This document shows, piece by piece, positions 23,710-33,656 of a stretch of 64,000 nt of DNA. A program made the translations under genes and the position numbers. The notes below the pieces were generated by a model. It had not been told where the DNA came from and did not search any database. It saw nothing but the letters and a program-made list of their open reading frames with translations. Each line of letters begins with the position of its first letter. Positions within the stretch are counted from its first letter, which is position 1. The stretch is from Bdellovibrionales bacterium (GTDB taxonomy: Bacteria; Bdellovibrionota; Bdellovibrionia; Bdellovibrionales; UBA1609). The stretch covers positions 256,001 to 320,000 of the forward strand of contig OZ241877.1 of the NCBI GenBank assembly GCA_965203095.1. Reading direction: 5' to 3'.

Positions 23710-24915
23710 TTAAACTGAGGGATAGGCGTCCACAATATATTTTTTTGTGACAAGATAATTTTTTAAAATTTGCTCTTGAGGGCTTTTTAACAAACAGGTC
23801 CGGACAGAAAAGCCTTTGTTTTTAGGAAGGACAGCCACCTTGGCCCTATCACTAAGAATTTGCCCAAAAGATTTGAGCAAGAATTGTTTGCCCGGATCAA
23901 ACATTTTTATAAAGTGATCTTCACTCACAATATAAACCGCTGGCCCCATGTCATATAGATTTATTTTTTGAGATAGCTCTTCAAGAGAAAAGCCTGAAGT
24001 GATTAAAACAGAATTTTGGTTTTTAAAAAACTTTTCCAGCTGAGAGGGCAAAGAAGAGGCTTTTAACTCTTTTGCTGAAATAAAAGAGATGAATACAGTT
24101 TGTTTCGCTTTTAAAGAGAGAGATTTTAAAAACAAAGGTTTATTAAGACTTTTTTTTAAAACCTGATCTCCATACAAAAGCACAGGGTATTTGTTAAAAA
24201 CAGCATCTGACAAAAATTCACTTTTGCCCTCTTTAGAGAAAAAAGCCATAGAGCTTAAATTTTCCGACAACAGCTGAAGGCTTATAAGACCAGGAGATCC
24301 CTTTTTAAAAGCGGGACCAGAGCAGGACATCCCCTGAATATCTATCCGGGACAGAGATAAATTTTCCTTTAGAAAGGAAATGAGTTTTTTAGGTTCCCCC
24401 CCACAGTGAAAAGCAGAATAAATGAGATTGACCCCCAATATGCCTAAGGCGGAGTGCTGTTGTAGGCGATCTCTATCCCCACAGTTGAGGTGAAAAATAA
24501 TATCATTAAAAGCCTCCCCCGGCTCTACTTGAAAACGCAAACCCATCCAAGCATGTGGCGGGCTGTAATTTTTTTTTAAATCAACAGCTCTAATGGCCGC
24601 CGTCACGGCAAAGGCAAAAAAACGGCTTTTGCCCCCAAGCCGGCCCTTTAACCGGCTTTTTAAGAGGGAATATTCACGCTCTAACATAGTGAGCAAACGC
24701 TCTTTACAAACATAGCGATTTTGTTTGCCATAAATTTCATCACTGATGGTCATGTCATAAGCAGACATACTTTTAGCCACTGTTTGTGAGGCCAAACCCG
24801 CTTTGTAAAAAAAATTGACTGTTTCTTGCCCGGCACCAATTTCTGCAAAAGTCCCGTAAATGCCAGGGTCTTTATTGATTTCAAAAGCTTTGCCAATGGT
24901 AGTTTCCTGCTTCAT
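23710..24915 (-). CDS. Conserved hypothetical protein of the YGTFAEIGAGQE family
   Basis: IYGTFAEIGAGQE..FF.AG.AS.TVAK.MSAYDM..SD.IYG N-terminal motif; function not established. Confidence 0.75.
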   Translation of the reverse strand: MKQETTIGKAFEINKDPGIYGTFAEIGAGQETVNFFYKAGLASQTVAKSMSAYDMTISDEIYGKQNRYVCKERLLTMLEREYSLLKSRLKGRLGGKSRFFAFAVTAAIRAVDLKKNYSPPHAWMGLRFQVEPGEAFNDIIFHLNCGDRDRLQQHSALGILGVNLIYSAFHCGGEPKKLISFLKENLSLSRIDIQGMSCSGPAFKKGSPGLISLQLLSENLSSMAFFSKEGKSEFLSDAVFNKYPVLLYGDQVLKKSLNKPLFLKSLSLKAKQTVFISFISAKELKASSLPSQLEKFFKNQNSVLITSGFSLEELSQKINLYDMGPAVYIVSEDHFIKMFDPGKQFLLKSFGQILSDRAKVAVLPKNKGFSVRTCLLKSPQEQILKNYLVTKKYIVDAYPSV

Positions 24916-25039
24916 ACTCTGTTTATCCTATACATTGCTCTATAAAACAAGAGCTTTAATAAGAGATAGACCTTGTGCCCGGTGTTATACTGGAACCGTT
25001 TTGTATTTGCCCTATAAAACAAACAAGAGGAAGCTTGTT

Positions 25040-26701
25040 TTAAGAACTGTTTTTAAAAAGCCTTCTGAGAGGCTTTCCAGCAAAACTTTTAGGAAGATTT
25101 TTAACAAATGCAATCCGTTTGGGCCTTTTATAGGGGGACAGGTATTTTGTGCAAAAAGATTTCAGCTCCCCTTCACTCAATCCTTCACTTCGGACAACAA
25201 AGGCTTGAACTATCTCCTCCCCTTCAGAGTTTTTGCCGGGCACAACTACAGCCTCTTCCACTTTATCGCAAGACAAAAGCACCTCTTCTACCTCAATGGG
25301 ATAAACTTTCAGGCCAGATATGTTGATCATATCCTTTTTTCTATCTATGATTTTTAACCAGCCCTCCGGACTCACCTTAGCTATATCTCCTGTTTTTAAC
25401 CAACCATCCCGAAAAACCTTTCGGCTTTCCTCTTCTTGCCGATAATAAGCCTTCATCACCTGAGGGCCTTTAACTTCCAACTCCCCCTCTTCACCCACTT
25501 TTAACTCAGAGCCTTTTTCATCCACTATTCTTATTTGGGTAGAGGACAGAGGATAACCAGCAGAACCAGGGATACTTTCCTTATCCAAACGAGAGCAGGT
25601 CACTACAGGAGAGGCTTCCGTCAAACCATAACCTTCAATCAAACGGCTTTGAGTAAGAGTCTCCCATTTTTTTTGAACAGAAGATTCTAAAGCTGTTCCT
25701 CCGGAAATAAAAAGTCTCCATTTGGAAAAATCCATTTTTTGGAATTGAGGATTCTTTAGCAAAGCCTTAAACAAAGCATTAACCCCTGTGCCCACAGTGA
25801 GTTTTTGCCTTCTTATGGTTTTAACAAGAGAGGGAATATTCCTGGGATTGGCAATCAGAATATTGGAAAAACCGTTTAAAAAGAAAACCAAGCCATTCAC
25901 TAAAAAAGCAAAAATATGGCAAAGGGGAAGAGCTGACAGGGCCTGCTCTTTACCCTTTCTAAGGTAAGTCAGCATCCAAGACTCACATTGCCGGACATTG
26001 GATAAAATGTTTTTTTGGCTAAGGCAAGCCCCTTTAGCTATTCCCGTAGTCCCTCCAGTGTATTGGATAAATAAGGTCTCATTAAGGGCTTTTTCCTGAA
26101 CACGAACAGGGAAAGCTCTACCTTTTTGAAGAGCTTTTAAAAAGGAAATAGGCTTAAAGGACGAGTTTTGGCGACTTTTTTGGAAGGATAAGTTTTTGCT
26201 TTTAAAAACAAAATTGATAATTTGTTTTTTAGGGAAAGCCAAAAGATCTCCAGGGTCGGTGACGATAACAGTTTTCAATTTTGTTTTTCCATAAATCTCT
26301 CTTAAATTGTTGAGTTGGCTAGATAGTAAAAGGATCCCTTTGGCCTCAGTCTCTTGAATAGGGCCTAACATTTCTCTTGAGGTGCTAAGGGGGTTCATAT
26401 TGACCACAGTCAGCCCGGACAATATGCCGGCCCACAAACTCAGGGGATATTGCAGGAGGTTAGGGAGTTGAATAACCAAAACATCCCCTTTTTTAAAACC
26501 CTGGCTTTGCAAATAGCCTGCAAAATGAAGGGAACGCTCTTTTAACTCCTTATAAGAGAGATTTTGGCCAAAGCTACTGAAAGCAGTTTGATTTTGAAAC
26601 TCCTCACAGGCCCTTTCAAACCGTTGGATGAGGCTTTGATCAGAAGGTGGCAATTCGGCAGGGATGCCGGGAGGGTAATTTTTTAGCCAAAGCTTTTCCA
26701 T
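25040..26701 (-). CDS. fadD: Long-chain fatty acid-CoA ligase
   Basis: WLKNYPPG.P, QYTGGTTG.AKG, EGYGLTEASP, WLKTGDI, IIDRKKDMI.ISG.KVYP. Confidence 0.93.
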   Translation of the reverse strand: MEKLWLKNYPPGIPAELPPSDQSLIQRFERACEEFQNQTAFSSFGQNLSYKELKERSLHFAGYLQSQGFKKGDVLVIQLPNLLQYPLSLWAGILSGLTVVNMNPLSTSREMLGPIQETEAKGILLLSSQLNNLREIYGKTKLKTVIVTDPGDLLAFPKKQIINFVFKSKNLSFQKSRQNSSFKPISFLKALQKGRAFPVRVQEKALNETLFIQYTGGTTGIAKGACLSQKNILSNVRQCESWMLTYLRKGKEQALSALPLCHIFAFLVNGLVFFLNGFSNILIANPRNIPSLVKTIRRQKLTVGTGVNALFKALLKNPQFQKMDFSKWRLFISGGTALESSVQKKWETLTQSRLIEGYGLTEASPVVTCSRLDKESIPGSAGYPLSSTQIRIVDEKGSELKVGEEGELEVKGPQVMKAYYRQEEESRKVFRDGWLKTGDIAKVSPEGWLKIIDRKKDMINISGLKVYPIEVEEVLLSCDKVEEAVVVPGKNSEGEEIVQAFVVRSEGLSEGELKSFCTKYLSPYKRPKRIAFVKNLPKSFAGKPLRRLFKNSS

Positions 26702-26937
26702 TTTTAAAAGACTCTTTGTTTTTTTAAGCTCAATATCTAAAACTATAAAGAATCAGAATCTTTAGGCTGAATTTAGTTTTTAAAAGCAGGGGTTTTCAAA
26801 ATCAGCCCGAAACTCTGCACAAAGCCCACCCAATATAAAGCCTTTTTAGCTTACGAGCAAGCCCAACTTTGAAAAATTTTCCATCTTTAATAAAAAAGCT
26901 GGATTTTTATTTTCAGTTATTATAGTTTGGTCTAACT

Positions 26938-28281
26938 ATGCAAAAAATTATTCTTAAGGTTCTTGATATGATGGACATCAAAAAAGTCTTATGGATTCTG
27001 ATTTTTATCGGAAGTCCTGCCCTATCTGAAGAGGAAAGGCAAGAACCCGTAGAGACAGTGGAACGGGGTTCGACTCACCTTGTCATAACAGGGCCTCCTC
27101 CTTTCTCAGACAAAACAGGAAAACTTTTAGAGAGTCACAGATCTTTGATAGAGATTTTTCCTTTCCAAAATAGACCGCTCGCCCCTATATATAAAGAACA
27201 AGAACAACCTGACCATTTACTTACAACCAATGAAGAAGAACAGAAAAGCTTTTATTCTTATCAAAGTATGGAAAGAATATTTCACACAGACAACAATGCA
27301 CTTTTCCAACAAGCTATGAAAAAAAATATAGAAAAGGCTATGGCCTGGACCGATCGAATAGGGAACAATTTACTTCATTTCGCAGTTGTATTTAAAAATT
27401 TAGAATTGGCCCAATTTCTTGTAGAAAACGGCAGTCCCATCAACAAGCAAAATAATTTGGGTTATACCCCTTTTCATTTATCTATTATAAATAAAAATCT
27501 GGAATTGATGCAGTTTTTTCTTGATCAGCCACAAACCAACCTTGGTATAAAAAACTCTTTTGGAGACAATGCCTTTCACACTGTATTTTTGAGCCTAAAA
27601 GAACAGCAAATAACCAGTAGATCAGAAATACTACAGCTAATGTTAAGTGAGAAGTATCGAAGCAAAATGCTCCCCCTAATCAATCAACCGAATACCGAAG
27701 GATATTTACCTATAGGCTTTGCCTTTAGAGATTTTGACACCCTTGCCTTAAAATGGATCTTTGCCAATGAAGAGATAGAAAATTGGACACAAGAGGCAAA
27801 GGATGGGAACTCTTTACTTCATATTGCTGTTTTGTCTTTAAGCTTGGAATCTTTAAAATTTATTTTAAAAAGAACTCATTTAGATATCAATGCACAAAAT
27901 CAGGATGGCAATACCCCTCTTCATTTAGTAGTTGAGATACTTAATGACAACCCTACACTGCAAGTAGCTCAGGACATACTTGCTTTTTTACTGAACCGTA
28001 ATGCAGTAAATTTTAACTTGAGAAACGAAGACGGTAAAACCGCTAAAGATATAACACAAAAGCATGAAATAAGAGAAGAAATTTTAAATGCTCAACACAC
28101 ACAAAAACTCCAACAAATGAGAACCAATAAGAAAAAATCCTCTCGCCGTTCTCGCTATTCAAAAACAATAGGAGACGCCACAATCGGTCACCATCCCGAT
28201 GTGATTTCGAGAGATAAGCCTTCTTCTGGAATCACTCCCTGCCACTCCGTTTTGATGAATGGAAAAAAATCTCTTAAATAA
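26938..28281 (+). CDS. Secreted ankyrin-repeat protein
   Basis: Signal-like N-terminus; about 7 ankyrin units (GNNLLHFA, GYTPFHLS, GNSLLHIA, GNTPLHL, GKTAKD). Confidence 0.9.
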   Translation: MQKIILKVLDMMDIKKVLWILIFIGSPALSEEERQEPVETVERGSTHLVITGPPPFSDKTGKLLESHRSLIEIFPFQNRPLAPIYKEQEQPDHLLTTNEEEQKSFYSYQSMERIFHTDNNALFQQAMKKNIEKAMAWTDRIGNNLLHFAVVFKNLELAQFLVENGSPINKQNNLGYTPFHLSIINKNLELMQFFLDQPQTNLGIKNSFGDNAFHTVFLSLKEQQITSRSEILQLMLSEKYRSKMLPLINQPNTEGYLPIGFAFRDFDTLALKWIFANEEIENWTQEAKDGNSLLHIAVLSLSLESLKFILKRTHLDINAQNQDGNTPLHLVVEILNDNPTLQVAQDILAFLLNRNAVNFNLRNEDGKTAKDITQKHEIREEILNAQHTQKLQQMRTNKKKSSRRSRYSKTIGDATIGHHPDVISRDKPSSGITPCHSVLMNGKKSLK

Positions 28282-28301
28282 ACAATTTTTTAGCTCAAAT
28301 A

Positions 28302-28390
28302 TAATTGTCCGTGAAAAAGTCTTTCAGATTGTAAGTTCTATAAGAAAAGCCTTAAACTTGTTCAGGAAAGAATACCTTGAACCCTCAAAC
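28302..28390. repeat. MITE subfamily B degenerate copy
   Basis: TAATTGTCCGTGAAAAAGTCT..CTTGTTCAGGAAAGAATACCTTGAACCCTCA matches the reverse complement of 31500-31590. Confidence 0.65.
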
Positions 28391-28432
28391 TCTGTCTTTC
28401 CCTTTCTTTCTCTTCATGAAGACAAGCTGTTA

Positions 28433-28458
28433 TGGATTCCCGCTTTCGCGGGAATGAC
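28433..28458 (-). repeat. REP/dRS3-like palindrome GTCATTCCCGCGAAAGCGGGAATCCA
   Basis: TGGATTCCCGCTTTCGCGGGAATGAC between convergent genes; may also act as a terminator. Confidence 0.8.
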
Positions 28459-28482
28459 TTTCTCAAGAAGGGAATGCATGTT

Positions 28483-29583
28483 TTAAGAGATTTTTATTCT
28501 GGGATCAAAATAAACATAAAGGAGATCCACTATCATATTGGACAAAATCAAAAGAAAGCTATAAACCAATAAAGCTCCTAAAACAAGAGGATAATCCCGA
28601 TTGGCCACGCTTGTCACAAAATGTTGCCCAATTCCAGGGATCGCAAAGATCTTTTCTATAATAAAGGAGCCGGTCAAAATACCGGCAATTAAAGGGGCAG
28701 AAAAAGTCAAAACCGGCAAAAAAGCATTTTTCAAAATATGTTTATAAAAAACACGAGTTTCACTTAAGCCCTTAGCTCTGGCAGTTCTCACATAATCACT
28801 TCCCAGGATATCTAAAACGCTACTGCGGGTGAGTCGAGCTATCACACCCGCGGGGCGGAGCCCTAAAACCACTGCGGGCAAAATATAAAATAAAGTTCCA
28901 TCCCATAAAGCCGCTTCTAACCAGCCCATTTTAAAAGCAAAAAACAAAATAAAAATAGGGGCTATCACAAAAGAGGGAAGGGACACCCCAGATATACTGA
29001 GTATCATAGCCGTTCTGTCAGAAATTGTGTTGGCCCTCTGGGCAGAAAAAACACCTATAGGAATCCCTAAGGCAAAAGCCAAAATAAGAGCATAAATACC
29101 TAACTGGATAGAAATGGGCAGGGAATCTTTTAAAATGTCACTGACATTTCTATCTGTGTATTTGTAGGACTCGCCCAACCAGCCTCTTAAAAGACCTTTA
29201 ATATAATGGCCATATTGCCAATAAAGCGGTTTATCTAAATGATACTTGGATTCAATATTGGCTTTAATTTCTGGGGGAAGGGTTTTTTCCTGATCAAAAG
29301 GCCCCCCAGGCAACAATCTCAAAAGGGCAAAAGTAATAGTAGCTACTGCAAAAAGGGTGATTAAGGCTTCAAAAATTCTTCCCAAAACATAAAAAACCAA
29401 GCCCTTTCTAACTATATATAGGACAAAACAAAAAAATGTGCTTATAAAAAAAGTAAGCCATAAGAGCCATGGGATTTCATAGTGAAAAAAACTGATCCCT
29501 ACCAAAAGAAAGAAAAGACTCGATGTGAAAATACCAAAAAATTTTTCTGGCGGATTAAAAAAAGAGAGCTTGGTTGGATTCAT
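28483..29583 (-). CDS. oppB: Oligopeptide ABC transporter permease
   Basis: LLPGGPFD.E, YHLDKPL..QY, EAA loop DYVRTARAKGL, IEKIFAIPGIG, NRDYPLV. Confidence 0.92.
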   Translation of the reverse strand: MNPTKLSFFNPPEKFFGIFTSSLFFLLVGISFFHYEIPWLLWLTFFISTFFCFVLYIVRKGLVFYVLGRIFEALITLFAVATITFALLRLLPGGPFDQEKTLPPEIKANIESKYHLDKPLYWQYGHYIKGLLRGWLGESYKYTDRNVSDILKDSLPISIQLGIYALILAFALGIPIGVFSAQRANTISDRTAMILSISGVSLPSFVIAPIFILFFAFKMGWLEAALWDGTLFYILPAVVLGLRPAGVIARLTRSSVLDILGSDYVRTARAKGLSETRVFYKHILKNAFLPVLTFSAPLIAGILTGSFIIEKIFAIPGIGQHFVTSVANRDYPLVLGALLVYSFLLILSNMIVDLLYVYFDPRIKIS

Positions 29584-29610
29584 TAGATTTTTTTAATTTT
29601 GCCCATGGAT

Positions 29611-31218
29611 TTAAATTTTTGATTTGAATTTTTTGATTTGAATTTTTTTAAACAAAACATAAGACATAGCATTCATAGGGTAATACTTTATCCTATGGGA
29701 GACAAGGATATGTGATGTGCTGGAGAGAATAGGGAAAACAGCCACATCCTCTTCTAAAAGAATTTTTTGTGCCCGATCATAAAATGCTCTCCTTTGAGGG
29801 CCATTTTCAGCAGACATGGCTTTTAAAATCAGTTCATCATAGGTCGGGTTTTTCCAGTTGGTGTGATTGTTATCGGAAAAAGAAGCCATTAAATTCATGA
29901 AATTGTCAGGATCAGGATAATCTGCAAGCCATCCCAAACGAAACATTTGAACATCTTTTGTCGCTAACCTTTGCAAATAAGTTTTCCATTCCTGATTGTT
30001 CAATTCTACGGTGAGGCCAATGTTTTTTTTTAGTTGAGATTGAATATTTTCTGCAATCATTTTGTGATCGGCTGTGGTGTTGTAAAAAATTTGTATTTTA
30101 GGAAGATCGGATGGCTTTTCATACCCCATTTCCCTTAACAACTGAAGAGCTTTTTGAGGATCAAAAGCCAAGCCCAAGTTTTTGTTATGGGCAAAAAGCC
30201 CTTGAGGTATCCAACTTTTTAAAGCCTGATCTCCTCGGTTTAAAAGCCGAATAATCTCCCCCCGATCAATAGAGAGAGCAATGGCCTTCCTCATACGAAC
30301 ATCCTTTAACGGCTCAGCCTTTACATTAAAGCCATAATAATACATACTTAAAATGCTGTTTTGATAGTGATCTTCTCGTTTTTTTAAAAAAGGCAAATTT
30401 CTGGAAAGGAGCGGAACAGCCACATCCAATCTTTTAGACAAATACAAATTCATAACAGTCACCTCTTCCGGAATAATATAGAGAAAGACTTTTTTAACCA
30501 TTGGTGTTGGGCCGTAATAACCTTTATTATGCTCTAAAATGAGAGCTTTGTCATGATCCCATCGGCTCAACTTGTAAGGGCCTAATGTGACAATATTTTC
30601 AGGAGCTGTCCAAAGGGATTTTTTTTCTTTTATAATATCTTTTCGAATGGGAAAAGTGGAGGTATGAGTGAGAAGATAAGGAAAATAAAAAAGCCCTCTT
30701 TCTAAATGAACAATCAGCTCGCCTTGAGGGCCTTGTTTAACCCCTACTTGTTTAAAATCTTTGATTTTTTTTTGGTTGTAAGCTTGTGCGTTTTTTATAG
30801 GGAATAAAAAGTAAGCGTATTCTGATCCTGTTGCAGGGTTTAAAAGCCTCTCCCAACTGTCTATAAAGTGCTGGGCCGTCAAAAACTCTCCGTCTGTCCA
30901 TAAAACCTTTTTTCGTAAAAAAAACTTCCAAACTTTTTTATCTTTTGAACTGGTCCAGTGTTGAGCCAAAGCCGGTTGCAGGCGGACAAAAGGGCCGGAA
31001 AAGTCATACTCTGTTAAACCCTCCATAAGGTTTTGAATCACTAAAGAGGAGGTGCTGTCTGAACTTTTACTCCAATCTAAGGTAGGGGGTTCTGAAAGGA
31101 TAGGATAGCGAAAGCTCTCAATCAGTTTGTAATTGACATAAGGGCTGTGCTTTTTTTGCCAGCAAGAGGGAACAACTATAAGCAGGCAGAAAAATAAAAA
31201 AGCTCTATTCCATCCCAT
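29611..31218 (-). CDS. oppA: Oligopeptide ABC substrate-binding lipoprotein
   Basis: Lipobox VPSC; EPPTLD, LMEGL, GPYKL..W, GWLADYPDP.NF. Confidence 0.93.
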   Translation of the reverse strand: MGWNRAFLFFCLLIVVPSCWQKKHSPYVNYKLIESFRYPILSEPPTLDWSKSSDSTSSLVIQNLMEGLTEYDFSGPFVRLQPALAQHWTSSKDKKVWKFFLRKKVLWTDGEFLTAQHFIDSWERLLNPATGSEYAYFLFPIKNAQAYNQKKIKDFKQVGVKQGPQGELIVHLERGLFYFPYLLTHTSTFPIRKDIIKEKKSLWTAPENIVTLGPYKLSRWDHDKALILEHNKGYYGPTPMVKKVFLYIIPEEVTVMNLYLSKRLDVAVPLLSRNLPFLKKREDHYQNSILSMYYYGFNVKAEPLKDVRMRKAIALSIDRGEIIRLLNRGDQALKSWIPQGLFAHNKNLGLAFDPQKALQLLREMGYEKPSDLPKIQIFYNTTADHKMIAENIQSQLKKNIGLTVELNNQEWKTYLQRLATKDVQMFRLGWLADYPDPDNFMNLMASFSDNNHTNWKNPTYDELILKAMSAENGPQRRAFYDRAQKILLEEDVAVFPILSSTSHILVSHRIKYYPMNAMSYVLFKKIQIKKFKSKI

Positions 31219-31483
31219 AAAAGAAATTTGTTATGTAAATTTTAAAATCAGTCAATAAAAAAATAGGAACCTCCGTCCAAAGCAGGCTCAAAAACCTGTT
31301 ATCTCTGTCCAGTGGACGGCTTGTTGTGGTCAGGTTCTTCCCGCTCTAAAGTGTTTTCTGGTAAAACCTCTATCGGTTTCTTCTGGACTTTAAGAGTGCA
31401 GAGGTTTTTACGGCATTTGCTGGAATAAGTGAAAAAAGTATTGTTTTTCGTTTGGTTCATGGTGACTTAAGCTGGCTTTTATC

Positions 31484-31598
31484 GCATAAGCAAAAGCCAG
31501 CGGTGAGGGTCCAAGGTATTCCCGTCCCGAACAAGCTGGACTTTTGCTTATGCGATCTATTTAAATGTAGACTTTTTCACGGGCGACTATTTAGTCGC
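31484..31598. mobile_element. MITE subfamily B copy with a back-to-back terminal repeat
   Basis: Stem GCATAAGCAAAAGCCAGC / GCTGGACTTTTGCTTATGC around GGGTCCAAGGTATTCCCGTCCC; ends TTTTCACGGGCGACTA-TT-TAGTCGCC. Confidence 0.75.
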
Positions 31599-31681
31599 CA
31601 ATGCAAAAGTCTTTTGCCAACCATTTTCACTTTCTGTTTTTTTAGAGTCCATCTTGTGAAAAACTATCTTTTTAACTATTT

Positions 31682-31816
31682 TTGTCCAAAGACCACAACA
31701 TGAAGTCCCAAGGTATTGTTATACCGAAATGCATGTGGCTTTTGGATAAAGAAATTGAAGAATAATGCTTTCTAATAATGTTTTTCACCGGCGACTATTT
31801 AGTTGCCCGTGAAATT
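31682..31816. repeat. Diverged MITE subfamily A copy (reverse orientation) with a back-to-back terminal repeat
   Basis: Stem TTTGTCCAAAGACCACA / TGTGGCTTTTGGATAAA around CCAAGGTATTG; ends TTTTCACCGGCGACTA-TT-TAGTTGCCCGTGAAA. Confidence 0.7.
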
Positions 31817-31852
31817 ATAGTATAAGCCATCCTTGATGCTTTATGAAAAAAA

Positions 31853-32971
31853 TCAGGCTGTCATCTTCCCTATAAAAAGACTTTTAGGGAAGTTGAATTT
31901 GTTGTCCTCTATTTCCTGCATAAAGGAAGGCAAAACCCCTACAGGCTCAATTTTGCCCAATAGCTTTCCGTCCGCCTGTTTCACAAGCCGTCTCAACTCA
32001 AATAAAGTGGATGTTTTGTATTGTCCGTCTTCAAAACCTAAAACTTCAGCTACTTGAGCCACTTTTCGAGAACCATCGGGATAGCGGGAAACCTGTAAAA
32101 TCAGATCAATGGCTGAGGAAATCTGGTGTTGTAAAGCCTTTTCACTCAATTTAGAATCGGCTCCTTGGGCCAAAGCTTCAAGACGAACAATAGCATCTTG
32201 ACAACTGTTGGCATGAATAGTCCCCAGGCAACCTTTATGACCTGTATTCATAGCATTGATTAACTCTAAAGCCTCCCCCCCGCGAACTTCCCCCACAATA
32301 ATTCGGTCCGGCCTTAGCCTTAAACTGCTTTTCAGCAAATCCCTTATGGTCACCTCTCCCTCTCCTTGGGCGTTGGCCATTTTGGTCTCAAAAAACACAA
32401 TGTGCTCATACTTTATTCTCAACTCGCTGGCATCTTCTATTACAATAATCCTTTGCCCTTTAGGAATATAGGAGCACATGGCCCCAAGTAAAGTGGTTTT
32501 CCCTGAGCCGGTCCCCCCGCTGATCAGTATATTTTTACCTAACTGGCTGGCAATTTTTAAAAATTGAGCCAGAGTCCCTGTGATAGTCCCAAAACGAATG
32601 TAATCCTGAAAAGTGAATTGATCGGTAGAGAATTTTCTAATGGCTACAGTCACGCCTTTTCTGGAGCAAGGAGGTATCACAGCGTGAATACGATAACCAT
32701 TGGGCAATCGGGCATCTAAACGAGGGTTTTGCTCGTTAATTCTCCGATTCACACTTTGGGCAATATTTGTGACAGCGGCCAAAAGGGCGTCTTGGTCTGA
32801 AAACTGAGCCTCTGTTTTTTGGATCTTGCCAGCAATTTCAACCCAAATCTCATCATAACTGTTGATCATCACCTCAGATACTTTTTCATCTTTTAAAAGA
32901 GACCATATAGGCTGTAAAAAACCTTTAATGGCCGATTCAAAAATGCTGGCATTTTTTTGATCCTCACTCAT
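31853..32971 (-). CDS. cpaF: CpaF/TadA-family pilus assembly ATPase
   Basis: SEVMIN, LDARLP.G.R, IRKF, GGTGSGKTTLL, IED..EL, LRLRPDRIIVGEVRG.EA, MNTGH.G. Confidence 0.93.
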   Translation of the reverse strand: MSEDQKNASIFESAIKGFLQPIWSLLKDEKVSEVMINSYDEIWVEIAGKIQKTEAQFSDQDALLAAVTNIAQSVNRRINEQNPRLDARLPNGYRIHAVIPPCSRKGVTVAIRKFSTDQFTFQDYIRFGTITGTLAQFLKIASQLGKNILISGGTGSGKTTLLGAMCSYIPKGQRIIVIEDASELRIKYEHIVFFETKMANAQGEGEVTIRDLLKSSLRLRPDRIIVGEVRGGEALELINAMNTGHKGCLGTIHANSCQDAIVRLEALAQGADSKLSEKALQHQISSAIDLILQVSRYPDGSRKVAQVAEVLGFEDGQYKTSTLFELRRLVKQADGKLLGKIEPVGVLPSFMQEIEDNKFNFPKSLFIGKMTA

Positions 32972-33002
32972 ATCTGCCTTATCGGACAAATAGGACAAAA
33001 AA

Positions 33003-33656
33003 TCAAATTTTTAAAAAAAGAGTATATTTTATAGGGACATTTTTTTGAAAAAACAAAAGCTCAAACTGACTTAAGCCCTCCTTAAAGCCTTTTTCTCGTT
33101 TTTGGTTTTTGTAAAGATTCAAGGAATATTTATGAACTTTATATCCCGCCTCTTTAAAAAGATGAACGGCTTGGTGAAAATAATCCTCTGCATCGGTTTT
33201 CAACTCCAAAAAAGAACCCAACCTTTGTAATTGGAAAATGCTTTGGCAAAACTCTTTTTGAATGAGTTGATGCTTTTTTTGCTTTCTTTTTTTAAGCCAA
33301 GGGTCCGGGAAATGGATATAAACATTGTTCAATTCCTGCTTTTTAAAAAACAGGCTTATTTTACTGGCGTCACAGCGGATTACCTTTCCGTTGAGGCTAT
33401 TGTTTTTTCTAAGCCTTCTTATAGTTTGTATCAATGGCTTGTATTTTCTTTCCATAGACAAAAAGCACTCTTCAGGCTGGCTAAGGCACAGTTTGGCAAA
33501 GTGCTTGCCATTTCCGGGGCCAATTTCTAAATGCAAAGGGCGGGATGGTTTTTTTGCAAAAAGCTCCCTCCATCGTCCTGGAAATTGAAGGGCTTGAGAA
33601 GAGTCTAAGGCCCAATCTCCGCCCTCAGTATGAAAAGCTTGAATATAAGGGTTGAT
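33003..33656 (-). CDS. trmB: tRNA (guanine-N7)-methyltransferase; start uncertain (ATC at 33656 or TTG at 33536)
   Basis: LEIGPGNG, FPDPW.K, LKTD..DY, SQFE motifs; the frame is open upstream to an in-frame TAA at 33687-33689. Confidence 0.85.
   Translation of the reverse strand: MNPYIQAFHTEGGDWALDSSQALQFPGRWRELFAKKPSRPLHLEIGPGNGKHFAKLCLSQPEECFLSMERKYKPLIQTIRRLRKNNSLNGKVIRCDASKISLFFKKQELNNVYIHFPDPWLKKRKQKKHQLIQKEFCQSIFQLQRLGSFLELKTDAEDYFHQAVHLFKEAGYKVHKYSLNLYKNQKREKGFKEGLSQFELLFFQKNVPIKYTLFLKI

Noticed and set aside
31299..31460. 53-aa minus-strand ORF and local hairpins (possible 6S-like RNA)
   Set aside because: No RBS, no recognisable motif and no long continuous hairpin. A TAAA..CCGATAG match has only an 11-nt spacer.
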